NCBI GenBank assembly: GCA_022709385.1
Contig: JAKLIX010000008.1
Span: 90,654 to 154,653, forward strand
DNA: 64,000 bases
Direction of reading: 5' to 3'
Origin: Bacteroidota bacterium
GTDB taxonomy: Bacteria; Bacteroidota; Bacteroidia; Bacteroidales; CAIXZF01
The position numbers were made by a program, and so were the translations under genes. Numbering within the stretch: the first letter of the stretch is position 1; each line of letters starts with the position of its first letter. This document shows positions 24,251-35,223 of the stretch, piece after piece. The notes under the pieces were generated by a model, which saw nothing but the letters and a program-made list of their open reading frames with translations, searched no databases and was not told the DNA's origin.

Positions 24251-25606
24251 TTATTTTACCAGGAAACCGCAAAGCAACATCAGGGATGCTGCTGCTTCCC
24301 GTGCTTTGAACTCCGCTTCTGCAAGATCTGCCCTGACCAGGTAAAGGTCTTCCTGAGACTCCCTGAACTGTAAAGAAGAATACAGTCCCGCCTGAAAAGC
24401 CTCCCGGCTGATTTCCATGTTTCGCTGCGCTGCAGCCAGGGCTTTACGCTGCAGCCCCACCACTTCGAGAGTCGCAGTATATTCATTGAACAGCTTCATC
24501 ACACTGAGCCTGATTTCCTGCTTCAGATCTTCGTACCGCAACAACTCATTTTCCCTGTCTATCCTGGCATTTTTAATCTGCCGGTCGAGCCTGTTGCCAT
24601 CCCATAACCTGATTCCCGCCGAAATGCCAAACTGGGGACCGAAGAGCCTGGTATAACGGATAAAAGAAGCATCGGTTTCATTTTCGTACCATGACCATGC
24701 CCCATTGAGGATAAGCTTGGGATAGCGGCCGGATCGCAGCGACCGGATTTCGGTCTGCTGCAGCCTGATCTTAGCCTCCTGGTACCTGATGCCGGTATTG
24801 TTGTCCAGCGCTTCTTTGAGGCAAGCTCCCACGCCTGGCAAGGGATCCGGCGGAATCGTGTCGGGCAGCTGATAATCTGAACCCGGCTCGCGAAGCAGCA
24901 AACGGTCCATGTCGAGCATCGCATTCTGCATCCTGATCTGTTGTATCTTAAATGCGGCAGAATCAGCCTGGCACCTGACCATGGCCTGCATATACTCAAG
25001 CTCCGACAATTGGGCAAACCTGCTTTTTTCACCAGCCACACGGTAGCGAAAGTCACTGATGGCCATCCTTTCAGCCGCGGCATCCAGCAGCTGCCTTTCC
25101 AGCAGCAGCCGGTAATATGCCATGGTGATCCGGTGAACGGTGGTTTCGGCGGTTTGCAGTAAGCTGCTTTGCTCCAGATCGGCCGATTCCTGCAGCAAAC
25201 GGTACTGATAATACATCCCTCCCCCGTCGAACAACGTCCACCGTGCATGCAGCCCGGCCTGCCTGATGGTACCGTGAGCCGCATCATTCTTCATGACGGC
25301 ACCCGTGCTCACCTCCACATCTGCATCATAGACGCTTTTATCCAGCGAGGCCGAAGCTTCGATGACCGGAAAAAAACCGGCATTCCCGTAATGTATGTCC
25401 TGCTGCACCATGCTGAGCCTGTTCCTGGCAATTTTAAGCCCGAGATTCTTACTGATGCCCTCTTTCACCGCATCATCAAGCGTAAACACCGTCTGAGCCC
25501 CGGCTGAAAAGCTTAGACCAAGCTGGAGTATCCACAGGCAAAGGCAGCCCTTAACCAGAACGTATCTACCTGAAAATCGGTTCATAAGGTTCTGTTTCTT
25601 CTTCAT
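24251..25606 (-). CDS. TolC-family outer-membrane efflux protein
   Basis: Two-repeat TolC-like sequence ('FTLDDAVKEGISKNLGLKIARNRL...', 'RYPKLILNGAWSW'). It is the last gene of the MFP-RND-OMF operon. The start (25630, 25606 or 25585) is uncertain. Confidence 0.85.
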   Translation of the reverse strand: MKKKQNLMNRFSGRYVLVKGCLCLWILQLGLSFSAGAQTVFTLDDAVKEGISKNLGLKIARNRLSMVQQDIHYGNAGFFPVIEASASLDKSVYDADVEVSTGAVMKNDAAHGTIRQAGLHARWTLFDGGGMYYQYRLLQESADLEQSSLLQTAETTVHRITMAYYRLLLERQLLDAAAERMAISDFRYRVAGEKSRFAQLSELEYMQAMVRCQADSAAFKIQQIRMQNAMLDMDRLLLREPGSDYQLPDTIPPDPLPGVGACLKEALDNNTGIRYQEAKIRLQQTEIRSLRSGRYPKLILNGAWSWYENETDASFIRYTRLFGPQFGISAGIRLWDGNRLDRQIKNARIDRENELLRYEDLKQEIRLSVMKLFNEYTATLEVVGLQRKALAAAQRNMEISREAFQAGLYSSLQFRESQEDLYLVRADLAEAEFKAREAAASLMLLCGFLVK

Positions 25607-28600
25607 CTTCGACGGGGGTTTTATATTCACGGGAAAGATATGTGTACAGCACCGGCACGAAAAAAAGTGAGAGGAAGGTGGCGAAGATCATGCCCCCGAC
25701 CACGGCGATACCCAACGACTGCCTGCTTCCGGATGAAGATCCGAGGGCCAGCGCGATCGGCAGAATGCCAAAGATGGTGGCCAGGGCCGTCATCAGGATG
25801 GGACGAAGCCGCGACACTGCTGCTTTGAGCACTGCTTCCTGTTTGTTCATGCCATGGCGCTTTTTCTGGTTCGCAAATTCAACGATCAGGATCCCATTTT
25901 TGGTGACCAGGCCAATGAGCATGATCAGTCCGATCTGACTGAAAATATTCAGTGTCTGTCCAAACACCCAAAGGGATAACAATGCGCCAAACAAGGCCAG
26001 CGGCACTGTCACCAGGATGACAAGGGGATCCACAAAGCTGTCGAACTGGGCTGCCAGCACAAGAAAGATAATGACAAGGGCAAGCAGGAAAACGATCATC
26101 AGGCTGGAGGAACTTTCTGCATAATCGCGGCTCTGGCCTGCAAGTGCGGTACGGAATGAAGGCGTCAGTATGCGGGATGCGATGGTTTTCATCTCCTCAA
26201 TGCCGTCGCCCATGGCATAACCCGGGTTCAGTCCGGCCGATATGGTCGCGGCATAATACCGGTCGAAGGAAAAAATGGTGGAAGGACCCACACTTTCCTT
26301 CCAGTTGACCACATTGGACAATGGGATCAATGTCCCCTTACTGCTTCTGACTTCAAGCATCTCAAGATTGGCAGGCGTGTTTCTGTGCCTCCGGCTCAGC
26401 TGGCCGATCACCTCGTATTGCTGGCCGTTCATGATAAAGTAGCCGTACCGCTGCCCGCTGAGAGCAAGCTGAAGCGTTTTCCCTATGTCTTCAGCTGAAA
26501 CACCATACAAAGCAGCCTTCTCCCTGTCGATAAAAATATGAAGCTCCGGCTTATTGACCTTCAGATTGGCATCTGTAAAACGCAAGACCTCGCTCCTGCC
26601 AGCTTCCTCAAGAAAACGCGGAACGATGGATTTCAGGGAATCAAAACTCCCCGCCTGGATTACAAACTGAATGGGCTGCCCGGCAAAACGGCTTCCGATG
26701 GTCGGCGGTTCGAAAGGATAAATGCCTATCCCCGTAATATGCTGAATATCCCTGGTAAACTTCTGAAAAATTTCATGCTGGCTTCGTTCCCGTTCTCCCG
26801 GTTCAGTGAGGTATATCAGATGCATGCCCTTATTGACGGGATCGATGCTGCTCAGGCTGGGAGAGATGACGGAAACATTCCGGGTGGCCTCCGGAATGGA
26901 ATCGATCACATACTGGCTCAGCTGATCCATATACTTTTCCATAAATTCGTAACTGGCACCCTCCGGCCCGAGAATACCGATCCTGATGTTGGATCTGTCC
27001 TCCAGGGGAGCCAGCTCTGAGTGAAGCCCGCGGTATATCAGGTAAATCAGGACAACTAACAGAAGAAGTACCGGCCATATCACAAAACGGATTCTAATCA
27101 GTGCCGACAATGAATACCGGTACACCCTGTTCAGGTTGACAAAAAAGGGTTCAGTCTTCCTGTAGAACCAGTTAAAATTAAGATGATGCTGACTGACAAG
27201 CATTCTGGATCCCATCATGGGCGAAAGACTGAGGGCAATAAAGGCAGATATCATCACCGATCCTGCCACCACGATGACGAACTCGCTGAAAAGCTTTCCT
27301 GTCAAGCCCTGCAGGAAAAGTATCGGCAGGAATACCATGGCCAGGGTGATGGTAGTGGAAATGATGGCTGTAAAAATCTCACTGCTGCCTTCAATGGCTG
27401 CTGCTACGGGCTTCATACCGGAATCAACCTTGGTGTAAATGATCTCCAGCACCACGATGGCATCGTCACAAACAAGCCCGATCGCCAATACCAGTCCCAT
27501 CAGGGTCAGTACGTTGATCGAAAGGCCCGCTGCCCACATCAGGAAAAAAGTGGCAATGATGGAAACCGGAATGGCCACCACCGGAATGATGGTCGAACGC
27601 CAGTCTCTCAGAAACACGAAGATGATCAGTACCACCAGGAAAAACGCCAGGAACAGGGTTTCTTTCACCTCGGCAATGGACCGCCTTTCGAAAATGGTGA
27701 AATCGTATCCGATTTCTGCATGATATCCTGCCGGTAGCTCCTTTTGGATGAGATCGACCCTTTTGTAGAATTCATCTGCAATGTCAATGGTATTAGCCCC
27801 TGGCTGGGGAACCACTCCCATCACCACCACAGGCTTCAGGTTATTCTTCAGGATACGTTTTTCAGCTTCACAACCCAGGCTGGCATTTCCTATATCACTA
27901 AACCTTAATAAGGTACCATCTTCCGACTTGATGATCAGGTTATTAAATGCTGAATCCGTAGTAAGCAGGCCCAGGGTCCGGATGCCAAGTTCGGCAAGAT
28001 TCCCATCTATTCTGCCCGAAGGAAGTTCCTGGTTTTCCCTGTTTACCGCCCTGTTGACGTCGAGGGAGGTGATGCCCCTTGCCTTCATTTTTTCCGGATC
28101 CAGCCAAAGGCGCATGGCAAATTTTTTCTCCCCGAAAATGGTGATCCCCGCAATGCCGGGTATGGTCTGAAGGCGATCCTTGACAAAACGGTCAACCACG
28201 TCGTTCACTTCGAGGATGTCGTGTTCGTCGCTTTCAACGATCACAAAGATGACAGGACTGGCGTTTGCATCAAGCTTTTCGACGATGGGAGGATCCACGT
28301 CTTTCGGAAGATAGCGGACCGCGCGGGAAACACGGTCTCTGACATCGTTGGCGGCTCTCTCGAGATCTTCACCAAGCCCGAACTCCACACTGATCTGGCT
28401 GACCTGCTCCGCAGAGGAAGACGTGATCACCCTGATCCCTTCAATACCGCTGAGTTCTTCTTCAATAGGTTCGGTGACCTGAGTCTGTATGATTTCAGGG
28501 TTGGCTCCGGTATAGGTGGTGGTAACATTCACCACCGGGGGGTCCATGTTCGGGTACTCTCTGTCGGGCAACGAATAAAACCCGACCATCCCGGCTATCA

Positions 28601-28664
28601 GCAGCAGCAGGGAGAAGACGACAGGCAATACCGGCCGTTTGATGCAAGTGGTGGAAAGGTTCAT
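25566..28664 (-). CDS. RND (AcrB/HAE1-type) efflux transporter permease
   Basis: 1032 aa, with a 12-TM RND layout and motifs such as 'GLVCDDAIVVLE' and 'GILIVEFANQ'. Confidence 0.92.
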   Translation of the reverse strand: MNLSTTCIKRPVLPVVFSLLLLIAGMVGFYSLPDREYPNMDPPVVNVTTTYTGANPEIIQTQVTEPIEEELSGIEGIRVITSSSAEQVSQISVEFGLGEDLERAANDVRDRVSRAVRYLPKDVDPPIVEKLDANASPVIFVIVESDEHDILEVNDVVDRFVKDRLQTIPGIAGITIFGEKKFAMRLWLDPEKMKARGITSLDVNRAVNRENQELPSGRIDGNLAELGIRTLGLLTTDSAFNNLIIKSEDGTLLRFSDIGNASLGCEAEKRILKNNLKPVVVMGVVPQPGANTIDIADEFYKRVDLIQKELPAGYHAEIGYDFTIFERRSIAEVKETLFLAFFLVVLIIFVFLRDWRSTIIPVVAIPVSIIATFFLMWAAGLSINVLTLMGLVLAIGLVCDDAIVVLEIIYTKVDSGMKPVAAAIEGSSEIFTAIISTTITLAMVFLPILFLQGLTGKLFSEFVIVVAGSVMISAFIALSLSPMMGSRMLVSQHHLNFNWFYRKTEPFFVNLNRVYRYSLSALIRIRFVIWPVLLLLVVLIYLIYRGLHSELAPLEDRSNIRIGILGPEGASYEFMEKYMDQLSQYVIDSIPEATRNVSVISPSLSSIDPVNKGMHLIYLTEPGERERSQHEIFQKFTRDIQHITGIGIYPFEPPTIGSRFAGQPIQFVIQAGSFDSLKSIVPRFLEEAGRSEVLRFTDANLKVNKPELHIFIDREKAALYGVSAEDIGKTLQLALSGQRYGYFIMNGQQYEVIGQLSRRHRNTPANLEMLEVRSSKGTLIPLSNVVNWKESVGPSTIFSFDRYYAATISAGLNPGYAMGDGIEEMKTIASRILTPSFRTALAGQSRDYAESSSSLMIVFLLALVIIFLVLAAQFDSFVDPLVILVTVPLALFGALLSLWVFGQTLNIFSQIGLIMLIGLVTKNGILIVEFANQKKRHGMNKQEAVLKAAVSRLRPILMTALATIFGILPIALALGSSSGSRQSLGIAVVGGMIFATFLSLFFVPVLYTYLSREYKTPVEDEEETEPYEPIFR

Positions 28665-28665
28665 C

Positions 28666-29724
28666 TTACAACATTTGAATGACTTTGACCGGTGAACCCG
28701 GCTTCACCTTCATTAACCCGGTAAGAAGGATGGTATCCCCGGCCTGCAATCCTGCGGTTGCTTCAACCATCCCGGCTGATCTAAGTCCTGTTATTATTGT
28801 CACCGCCCGGGCCTTTCCGTTTTCGATCCGGTAGACCGTGCTGCCGGAAGGATAGGCCTGTATGGCGTTAGCCGGAATATACAGGGCCGGTGCAACAGTC
28901 CTGCTCCTGACCGACACACTGACGATTCTCCCGGGAACGGCACCGGGAACAGTGCCGGAAATTACCGCCCTGACCTTCAGGTTACCTGTACCTGGCTCAA
29001 GGGATGGAGCAACGGCTTCTATCCCGGCCTGAAATGTACCCGGAATCCCTTCAAGCCGGAAACTGAGCTGATCACCCTGCCCGACGGAGGCTGCCATGGA
29101 TTCCGGAATGCCGATATCGATCTTTAATACACTAAGATCTTCTATATGTGTGAGCACCAGCCCGGGACTGACATAAGCCCCCACACTGACGTTTCTCAGG
29201 CCGGCCTTCCCGCTGAATGGTGCCCGGATAATCGTTTTTTCCAACCTGAGCTCCAGTTGCCTCACCTCGGCTTCCAGTGCCTTCATCCGGCTGAAAGATT
29301 CATCATAGGATTGCTGGCTCACACCTCCCCCCGTAAGCAACTGTCTGTATCGTTTCTCGGTTTCGACGGCAAGTCCGTGTTCTGTTCTGACCCTGTCGAG
29401 AGAAGCTTTCAGTTCTGCTCCGTCAAGCTCGAACAGCACATCCCCCTTCCTGACCATGCTGCCCTCACGAAACGGAATGGACACCACCTTCAGTGATAAC
29501 TCACTCACAATATCCACGGCCTCATTGGCCCGGATCACACCCACCCCTGTAAAGGGAAATTCAAGGACACTGTCACGGACAAGGTAACACTCGGCCTGAA
29601 CCGGCATCAACTTTGGCCCGGATTTGCTTACTGCATGCGAAGCGTTCTTTTTGACGGCCTTCACGGCAAAAAAAACTGCTACTAGCAGTATCGGCAGTAA
29701 TAACAGGTAATACTTCTTATTCAT
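28666..29724 (-). CDS. efflux RND periplasmic adaptor (membrane fusion protein)
   Basis: N-terminal anchor, coiled-coil hairpin and beta-barrel pattern ('IIRAPFSGKAGLRNVSVGAYVSPG'). The stop lies 1 nt from the RND start. Confidence 0.88.
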   Translation of the reverse strand: MNKKYYLLLLPILLVAVFFAVKAVKKNASHAVSKSGPKLMPVQAECYLVRDSVLEFPFTGVGVIRANEAVDIVSELSLKVVSIPFREGSMVRKGDVLFELDGAELKASLDRVRTEHGLAVETEKRYRQLLTGGGVSQQSYDESFSRMKALEAEVRQLELRLEKTIIRAPFSGKAGLRNVSVGAYVSPGLVLTHIEDLSVLKIDIGIPESMAASVGQGDQLSFRLEGIPGTFQAGIEAVAPSLEPGTGNLKVRAVISGTVPGAVPGRIVSVSVRSRTVAPALYIPANAIQAYPSGSTVYRIENGKARAVTIITGLRSAGMVEATAGLQAGDTILLTGLMKVKPGSPVKVIQML

Positions 29725-29968
29725 AGGAAAGTGATAATGATGAGGTAAACATACAGAAATTTTCTGATTGTAGCCGGGCAGCAGCAGAAATTCAACTTTT
29801 CGATGAGCCTGGTCAGCCTAAACACAAAAATTCATCATCATGCTGCCTGGTGAAAGCCACCAGGGAAATGATCCTGCAGGGAATGAAATGCCGGTGATAA
29901 CCCAATACAAAAGCCCCCGGGTAATATTTTCTGAACAAAACCCGAAACGCCGGTATTCTCAGAATAAG

Positions 29969-31762
29969 TTACTGAGGTGTGAAAGAGGCATCTACATCAC
30001 CAGTGCAAAGCCCTTTAACCGGAATATTTTTCGTCAGATTGGCAATGATCTGAAATGAAGGAGAGAGGAATTGCCAGTCTCCCGGTACAAAACCACCAAG
30101 CAGACCGACAAAACGGCGCATGACCACCAGTGCATCCACAGCATTGATAAACTGGCTGCCATCCGTATCGGCTGCTTTCAGCCTGACCCCCGAAAGCAGG
30201 GATAAACCCACAAAATGTCGCATGATCAGCAGGGCATCAATTGAATTCCCCCCGCCCCAGTCAGCCATTGAACCAAAAGACAGTGAATAAGAGCCTGTGA
30301 CAAGGTTATTGAATGCGTAATGCCCGGCGGCGTCGGTGATCAGCGTATCGATAACCGCCTGCCCCTGGTCTCTGAGATAAACCGATACCCCAGCCAGCGG
30401 AGTCTGTGCCACGTTATCGTAAGTTACAATCCCCTCAACCGATCCGTAAGCCTGTCCCCCGCCGGTAATCACAATATCATCGATGATCCAGAAAAAGAAA
30501 GCACTCAGATCGCCTTCCAGTACAAAAGCTACATAAGTATGCAAGCCAAGATTATAAACAATCTCTGTTTCAACCAGTTCAGGTCCAAGATCCCCACTTC
30601 CGGACTGGTAAAAAAATTCCTCATCTGTCCAGTGAACGGCATCGGCACTGCTTTGTACCTTCAGTGTAAGGCCCGGGAAGTCATCCCAATAATTATGGTT
30701 AAAACTCAGGTAAAGAATGCCCTGTCCGTTCGTTTGAAGCGGCGGTGACACAAACCTCGCGACCCCGGTCGATGACTGGAAATCGAACTCCAGTTCGTTG
30801 GGACTTCCTCCCGCGTAGTCGTATGGTGAAATATACCAGCCGGGATTGACGGCGGAATCCTGTTCAAACCATCCGAAAGGGATACTGAGTGCATTGAAAT
30901 GTTCTTCAAAAGGCAGTGGCTGAGCCGGCATGGTGGAGAATGACCAGATGGCACATCCGGGAGGCTGGCCGAAAAGGTTGAATGGAATGACCTTCCAATA
31001 GTATTGTGTCTGGGGAGTAAGGCTTTGCAAATTGAAATGGGTGGCTCCTCCGGTGGCGACACCGTTCAGAATATTGGTCGGCGGATTGTCTGTTCCCAGG
31101 TAGAGATAATAATCAGATGCATAAGGTGAGGTTTCCCATTGAAGGTTTACACTCGTCATAACGGACTGGCTTCCGTTAAGCGGGCTTTCCCCGCCTGAAC
31201 AGGTCGGAAGATAGATGAGCGGACTGATCTCCACATTATCGATATGCCATGCCAGAAAATAGTAAAGGTTGCCTTCAATGGTGAAGGCGATGTAAGTGGT
31301 ATCCTGCAGGTTACCGGAAACCACGGTACTCACCAGTTCAGGACCCAGGTTGCCATTTCCCGACTGCCGGCTCCAGCTTTCATCCGTCCAGTTGATCCCA
31401 TCGGGGCTGGATTGGATTTTGAATGTTAGCCCGAAAGAGTAATCATTCATCCAATGCCTGAACTCGAGGAAAATCGCCTGAACATCTGCATTATAGACAG
31501 GCGGCATGACCAGCCTCGAATAGCCGGTACCCACAACCCAACTTGCTTTTGCTTCATAGGGTGTGCCACCGGCCTGATTCTGGTTGACAATACTCCAGTT
31601 ATTCACCTGCACATCTCCGCCATGCTGCTGCGTCCAGCCGGCCGGCATCGCAGCCGTGTTGAAATGTTCAGAATGCGGAAGCGTTACCGTCTGTGCATTG
31701 GAAACTGATCCATTTACAATAGTCAGGAGAAACAGAAGCAATCGCGGGAATGATTTAATCAT
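29969..31762 (-). CDS. secreted protein: two 'choice-of-anchor J'/MAM-like domains, Fn3-like domain, CarboxypepD_reg-like domain, dockerin-like tail
   Basis: Signal peptide 'MIKSFPRLLLFLLTIVNGSVSNAQ'. Duplicated 'EHFN....P.GW' modules. 'GIVTYDNVAQTPLAGVSVYL...' is CarboxypepD_reg-like. Dockerin-like 'GGGNSIDALLIMRHF...DTDGSQFINAVDALVVMRRF' at nt 30107-30256. Confidence 0.7.
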   Translation of the reverse strand: MIKSFPRLLLFLLTIVNGSVSNAQTVTLPHSEHFNTAAMPAGWTQQHGGDVQVNNWSIVNQNQAGGTPYEAKASWVVGTGYSRLVMPPVYNADVQAIFLEFRHWMNDYSFGLTFKIQSSPDGINWTDESWSRQSGNGNLGPELVSTVVSGNLQDTTYIAFTIEGNLYYFLAWHIDNVEISPLIYLPTCSGGESPLNGSQSVMTSVNLQWETSPYASDYYLYLGTDNPPTNILNGVATGGATHFNLQSLTPQTQYYWKVIPFNLFGQPPGCAIWSFSTMPAQPLPFEEHFNALSIPFGWFEQDSAVNPGWYISPYDYAGGSPNELEFDFQSSTGVARFVSPPLQTNGQGILYLSFNHNYWDDFPGLTLKVQSSADAVHWTDEEFFYQSGSGDLGPELVETEIVYNLGLHTYVAFVLEGDLSAFFFWIIDDIVITGGGQAYGSVEGIVTYDNVAQTPLAGVSVYLRDQGQAVIDTLITDAAGHYAFNNLVTGSYSLSFGSMADWGGGNSIDALLIMRHFVGLSLLSGVRLKAADTDGSQFINAVDALVVMRRFVGLLGGFVPGDWQFLSPSFQIIANLTKNIPVKGLCTGDVDASFTPQ

Positions 31763-31789
31763 TGTACTGCAGTATAAGAGTGGAGGTCA

Positions 31790-32845
31790 CTATTGTTTGA
31801 TGATTTTCACCATGGCTCCTTCAGGGGTCCGCAGAAAATATAAACCGGCGTGCAAACCCCTGACATCCATAACCGATCCGGTCTCTGCGGAAATGACTTC
31901 AGCGGCTCTCCGTCCCGTATGATCATATAATACATACAATCCGCAAGGGGAGTCCCCCGGGGACAGAAAAAGTATATCCTGAACGGGATTGGGACTCGCA
32001 ATCGGGATACTGCCCTTGCCGCAGGTAACGTACCTGATCCATTGGGCATCGAATACCGTCTCCGTGCCATCAGTATCCGTCTGAGAAAGCCTGTAATAGC
32101 TAATGGTTTCATATGGCGGATGATCCACAATACTGTACTGAATTCTCCCTGAACTGTTTAACTGCCCGGGCACCGTTTGTACCACCTCCCAATCATCCAG
32201 ATCCCTGCTTCGATGCACCGTAAAATGATGATTATTTGATTCATTCTCGGTGATCCAGGTAAGCTTTACACTCTTACCCTCACAGGCAGCAGTGAAACTA
32301 AGCAGGTCGATACCAAGCGGTCCGGTACTGATGTAACACTGATCATATTCGGCATGCATATGCAACTGCACGCCAACACCGGTAGGCTCGTCCCCTTTCC
32401 AAAGGTTTTCCCAGCAAATGGTGCCCCCGTGGAGGTTGATTTCCCCGCCATCTTTAGTGGTGACTTTGTTATCCACGAAAACCAGTCCGCCGTAATAAAT
32501 CCGTAATAATCCGCCCGGATCCATCCACAAATTATTGTGGATGATCATATAACCCCAGACGATTACCTCGCCCGGATATGCGATCCTGGTTTGGTTAGGC
32601 GTGTAAAGCATTCCGCCTCCCTTTATCAGCATATAAGCGGTTACAATGGAATATTGTCCTGTAGCCGGAATATACATATTATGGCTGATGATGATGGAGT
32701 CGCCGGGAGTATTTACCTGTGGAGGACCTCCCAATGGCAACCAGTTCATTGGATTAAGAAAATCACCATCACTTACCGATTCATAGGTGGTTCCAAAGGT
32801 GTAAGTGATCAGGAAACATAAAATGAGTCCGAAGAAATATTTCAT
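31790..32845 (-). CDS. secreted hypothetical protein with T9SS C-terminal sorting domain
   Basis: Signal peptide 'MKYFFGLILCFLITYTFG'. C-terminal 'PNPVQDILFLS...GLYFLRTPEGAMVKIIK' is a T9SS type-A CTD pattern. Confidence 0.65.
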   Translation of the reverse strand: MKYFFGLILCFLITYTFGTTYESVSDGDFLNPMNWLPLGGPPQVNTPGDSIIISHNMYIPATGQYSIVTAYMLIKGGGMLYTPNQTRIAYPGEVIVWGYMIIHNNLWMDPGGLLRIYYGGLVFVDNKVTTKDGGEINLHGGTICWENLWKGDEPTGVGVQLHMHAEYDQCYISTGPLGIDLLSFTAACEGKSVKLTWITENESNNHHFTVHRSRDLDDWEVVQTVPGQLNSSGRIQYSIVDHPPYETISYYRLSQTDTDGTETVFDAQWIRYVTCGKGSIPIASPNPVQDILFLSPGDSPCGLYVLYDHTGRRAAEVISAETGSVMDVRGLHAGLYFLRTPEGAMVKIIKQ

Positions 32846-33045
32846 GCTTATTGGTTAAAAATTCCAAAATTTGGATATAAAATTAAACTATTAATGGATA
32901 ATATGCAAAAATTTTTTAAAATTTCCAAAATCAGGAATGCTGAATGGAAAATTTCCAGGTATTTACGCCTTCATAGATTAGTGCTTGCATAATATTTGCA
33001 TTTTAACCTAAATGTATGTACGTTTGTCTATCTAAAACCATTCCC

Positions 33046-33819
33046 ATGTCAGAAAAAAAGACTGTAAAAACACAAAAACAGGATCATGTGCTGTTGCTGA
33101 CACTGAACCGTCCGGAGGCACTGAATGCACTTAACCTATTGGTTTACAAAGAAATTAACGAAGTTCTTGATGAAATTGAAGCGGACCCGGATGTGAAAGT
33201 ACTCGTCATCACGGGAGAAGGGAAGGCCTTCGTGGCAGGGGCCGACATTGCAGAGATGTCGGGGATGAATCCTGATGAGGCCTATGCCTTTTCAAAGACG
33301 GGGCAGAACACCTTCGACCGCCTGGAAGCGCTTGATATTCCTGTGATCGCGGCCGTGAACGGATTTGCCCTCGGGGGGGGTTGCGAATTCACCATGGCCT
33401 GCGATTTCAGGATCGCCAGTACCAGGGCAAAATTCGGGCAACCTGAACTCAACCTCGGCCTGATCCCGGGTTATGCCGGCACCCAGCGGCTATCAAGGCT
33501 TAGCGGACTGGGCAATGCGCTTTACCTGATCCTTACCGCCGAGATGATCACCGCCGAAGACGCCTTGCGGATGGGTCTGGTTCAGAAAGTCGTTGAACCC
33601 GAACAACTGCTTGAGGTGACCATGCAACTTGCCCATAGAATTGCAAACAACGGATCAGCCGCGGCAGTAAAGGCAAAACGTACCATCAGGGACGGAATCC
33701 ATATGGATTTCATGATGGCATCGGATATGGAAGCACAGGAGTTTGCTTCACTCTTCGGCGATGCTGCCACCCAGGAAGGAATGAAAGCCTTTCTGGAAAA
33801 ACGCAAACCGGAATGGTAA
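33046..33819 (+). CDS. enoyl-CoA hydratase (crotonase family)
   Basis: 'LTLNRPEALNALN', 'ITGEGKAFVAGADI', 'AAVNGFALGGGCEF'. Start set at the ATG at 33046. Confidence 0.9.
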   Translation: MSEKKTVKTQKQDHVLLLTLNRPEALNALNLLVYKEINEVLDEIEADPDVKVLVITGEGKAFVAGADIAEMSGMNPDEAYAFSKTGQNTFDRLEALDIPVIAAVNGFALGGGCEFTMACDFRIASTRAKFGQPELNLGLIPGYAGTQRLSRLSGLGNALYLILTAEMITAEDALRMGLVQKVVEPEQLLEVTMQLAHRIANNGSAAAVKAKRTIRDGIHMDFMMASDMEAQEFASLFGDAATQEGMKAFLEKRKPEW

Positions 33820-33859
33820 TCTCATTCATGTAAATAATCATTAACCAAAAAATCATCAT

Positions 33860-35194
33860 ATGACTTACGAAGAAAGACTTCAAAATGTCAGTGTGCTGGG
33901 TGCTGCCGGAAAGATGGGCAGCGGTATCATCCTGCTGACCGCACTCGAAATGGCAGATCTCAGCCTGAAACCTGAGCACAAAGGCAAAACCTTTGTGGCC
34001 AACGCCATTGACGTGTCACATGAGGCCCTTGCGGGGCTGGTTAAATACCTCCAGACCCAGGTATTTAAAGCGGCAGAAAAAAAGATGGTCCAACTGAGGC
34101 ATTTTTATTCCGACCGCCCCGAGTTGATCGAAAACTCGCATATTGTGGATGAATATGTCCGCCATGTGCTTGGTTTGATCAGACCATCGGTGAGGCTTGA
34201 ATCAGCTTATGATTCCCTGCTCGTTTTTGAGGCTATCAAGGAAGACCCTGCGGTAAAAAATGCCGTCCTGAGCCAGATCGACCGGAACAACCCGAATAAA
34301 CCATGGTATTTCACCAATACTTCCTCCATCCCCATCAGCGAACTCGACGAAGGAGCCGGCCTGGAAGGAAGAATCATCGGTTTCCATTTTTACAATCCTC
34401 CTGCCATTCAAAAACTGGTGGAGGTGATCAAAGGAAAGCATACCCTGCCCGAACTGGGTGATTTTGCCCTCAAGTATGCGAAAAACATGAAAAAAATCAC
34501 GGTGCCCTCCAATGATATCGCCGGTTTTATCGGTAACGGCCACTTCATGAGAGATCTTTTATTCGGCATCAGCTTGGCGCAGCGCCTCTCTTCGGAAATG
34601 CCGCTGCACGAAGCCATTTTCACAGTCAACAAAGTCACCCAGGATTACCTCGTCAGGCCGATGGGTATCTTCCAGCTGATGGACTATGTCGGACTGGATG
34701 TGTGCCGGTATATTCTCAGTGTGATGAATCCACGTATTGCGGGAGGCAGTCTGCATGCTCCCCTGCTGGAGGAATTTACCGCAAAAGGGGTGAAAGGAGG
34801 ACAACATGCCGACGGCAGCCAGAAAAACGGCATCCTGCAGTATGACAAAGGAAAAATCACGGGGGTTTATTGCCTGACAAGAGACGGATATGCACATCAC
34901 AACGACTTCGAAGAAAGATGTAACCAGCGATTGGGAGCGATGCCCGAAGGAACTCCGGCCTGGAAAAATGCAGTCAGGGTTTCCGATAAAGACAGCCTCT
35001 TCAAACCGCATTTCGAAAAGATGAAAAATCAGGATAGCCTTGGAGCCAGGCTGGCTGTTGAATATGCATCAGAATCAGCCCGTATTGCCCGGCAACTGGT
35101 TACAGACGGAGTCGCAAACCAGGTAGAGGATGTCAATACCGTCTTACTGACCGGCTTCTTCCATGCCTACGGTCCGGTGAATGAGTATCTTTAA
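33860..35194 (+). CDS. 3-hydroxyacyl-CoA dehydrogenase family protein (long form)
   Basis: N-terminal dinucleotide fold 'VSVLGAAGKMGSGI', 'FHFYNPP', and a C-terminal 3HCDH-like region. Confidence 0.8.
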   Translation: MTYEERLQNVSVLGAAGKMGSGIILLTALEMADLSLKPEHKGKTFVANAIDVSHEALAGLVKYLQTQVFKAAEKKMVQLRHFYSDRPELIENSHIVDEYVRHVLGLIRPSVRLESAYDSLLVFEAIKEDPAVKNAVLSQIDRNNPNKPWYFTNTSSIPISELDEGAGLEGRIIGFHFYNPPAIQKLVEVIKGKHTLPELGDFALKYAKNMKKITVPSNDIAGFIGNGHFMRDLLFGISLAQRLSSEMPLHEAIFTVNKVTQDYLVRPMGIFQLMDYVGLDVCRYILSVMNPRIAGGSLHAPLLEEFTAKGVKGGQHADGSQKNGILQYDKGKITGVYCLTRDGYAHHNDFEERCNQRLGAMPEGTPAWKNAVRVSDKDSLFKPHFEKMKNQDSLGARLAVEYASESARIARQLVTDGVANQVEDVNTVLLTGFFHAYGPVNEYL

Positions 35195-35223
35195 TCAATG
35201 TTAAACTTTTTAAGAATCACAAT

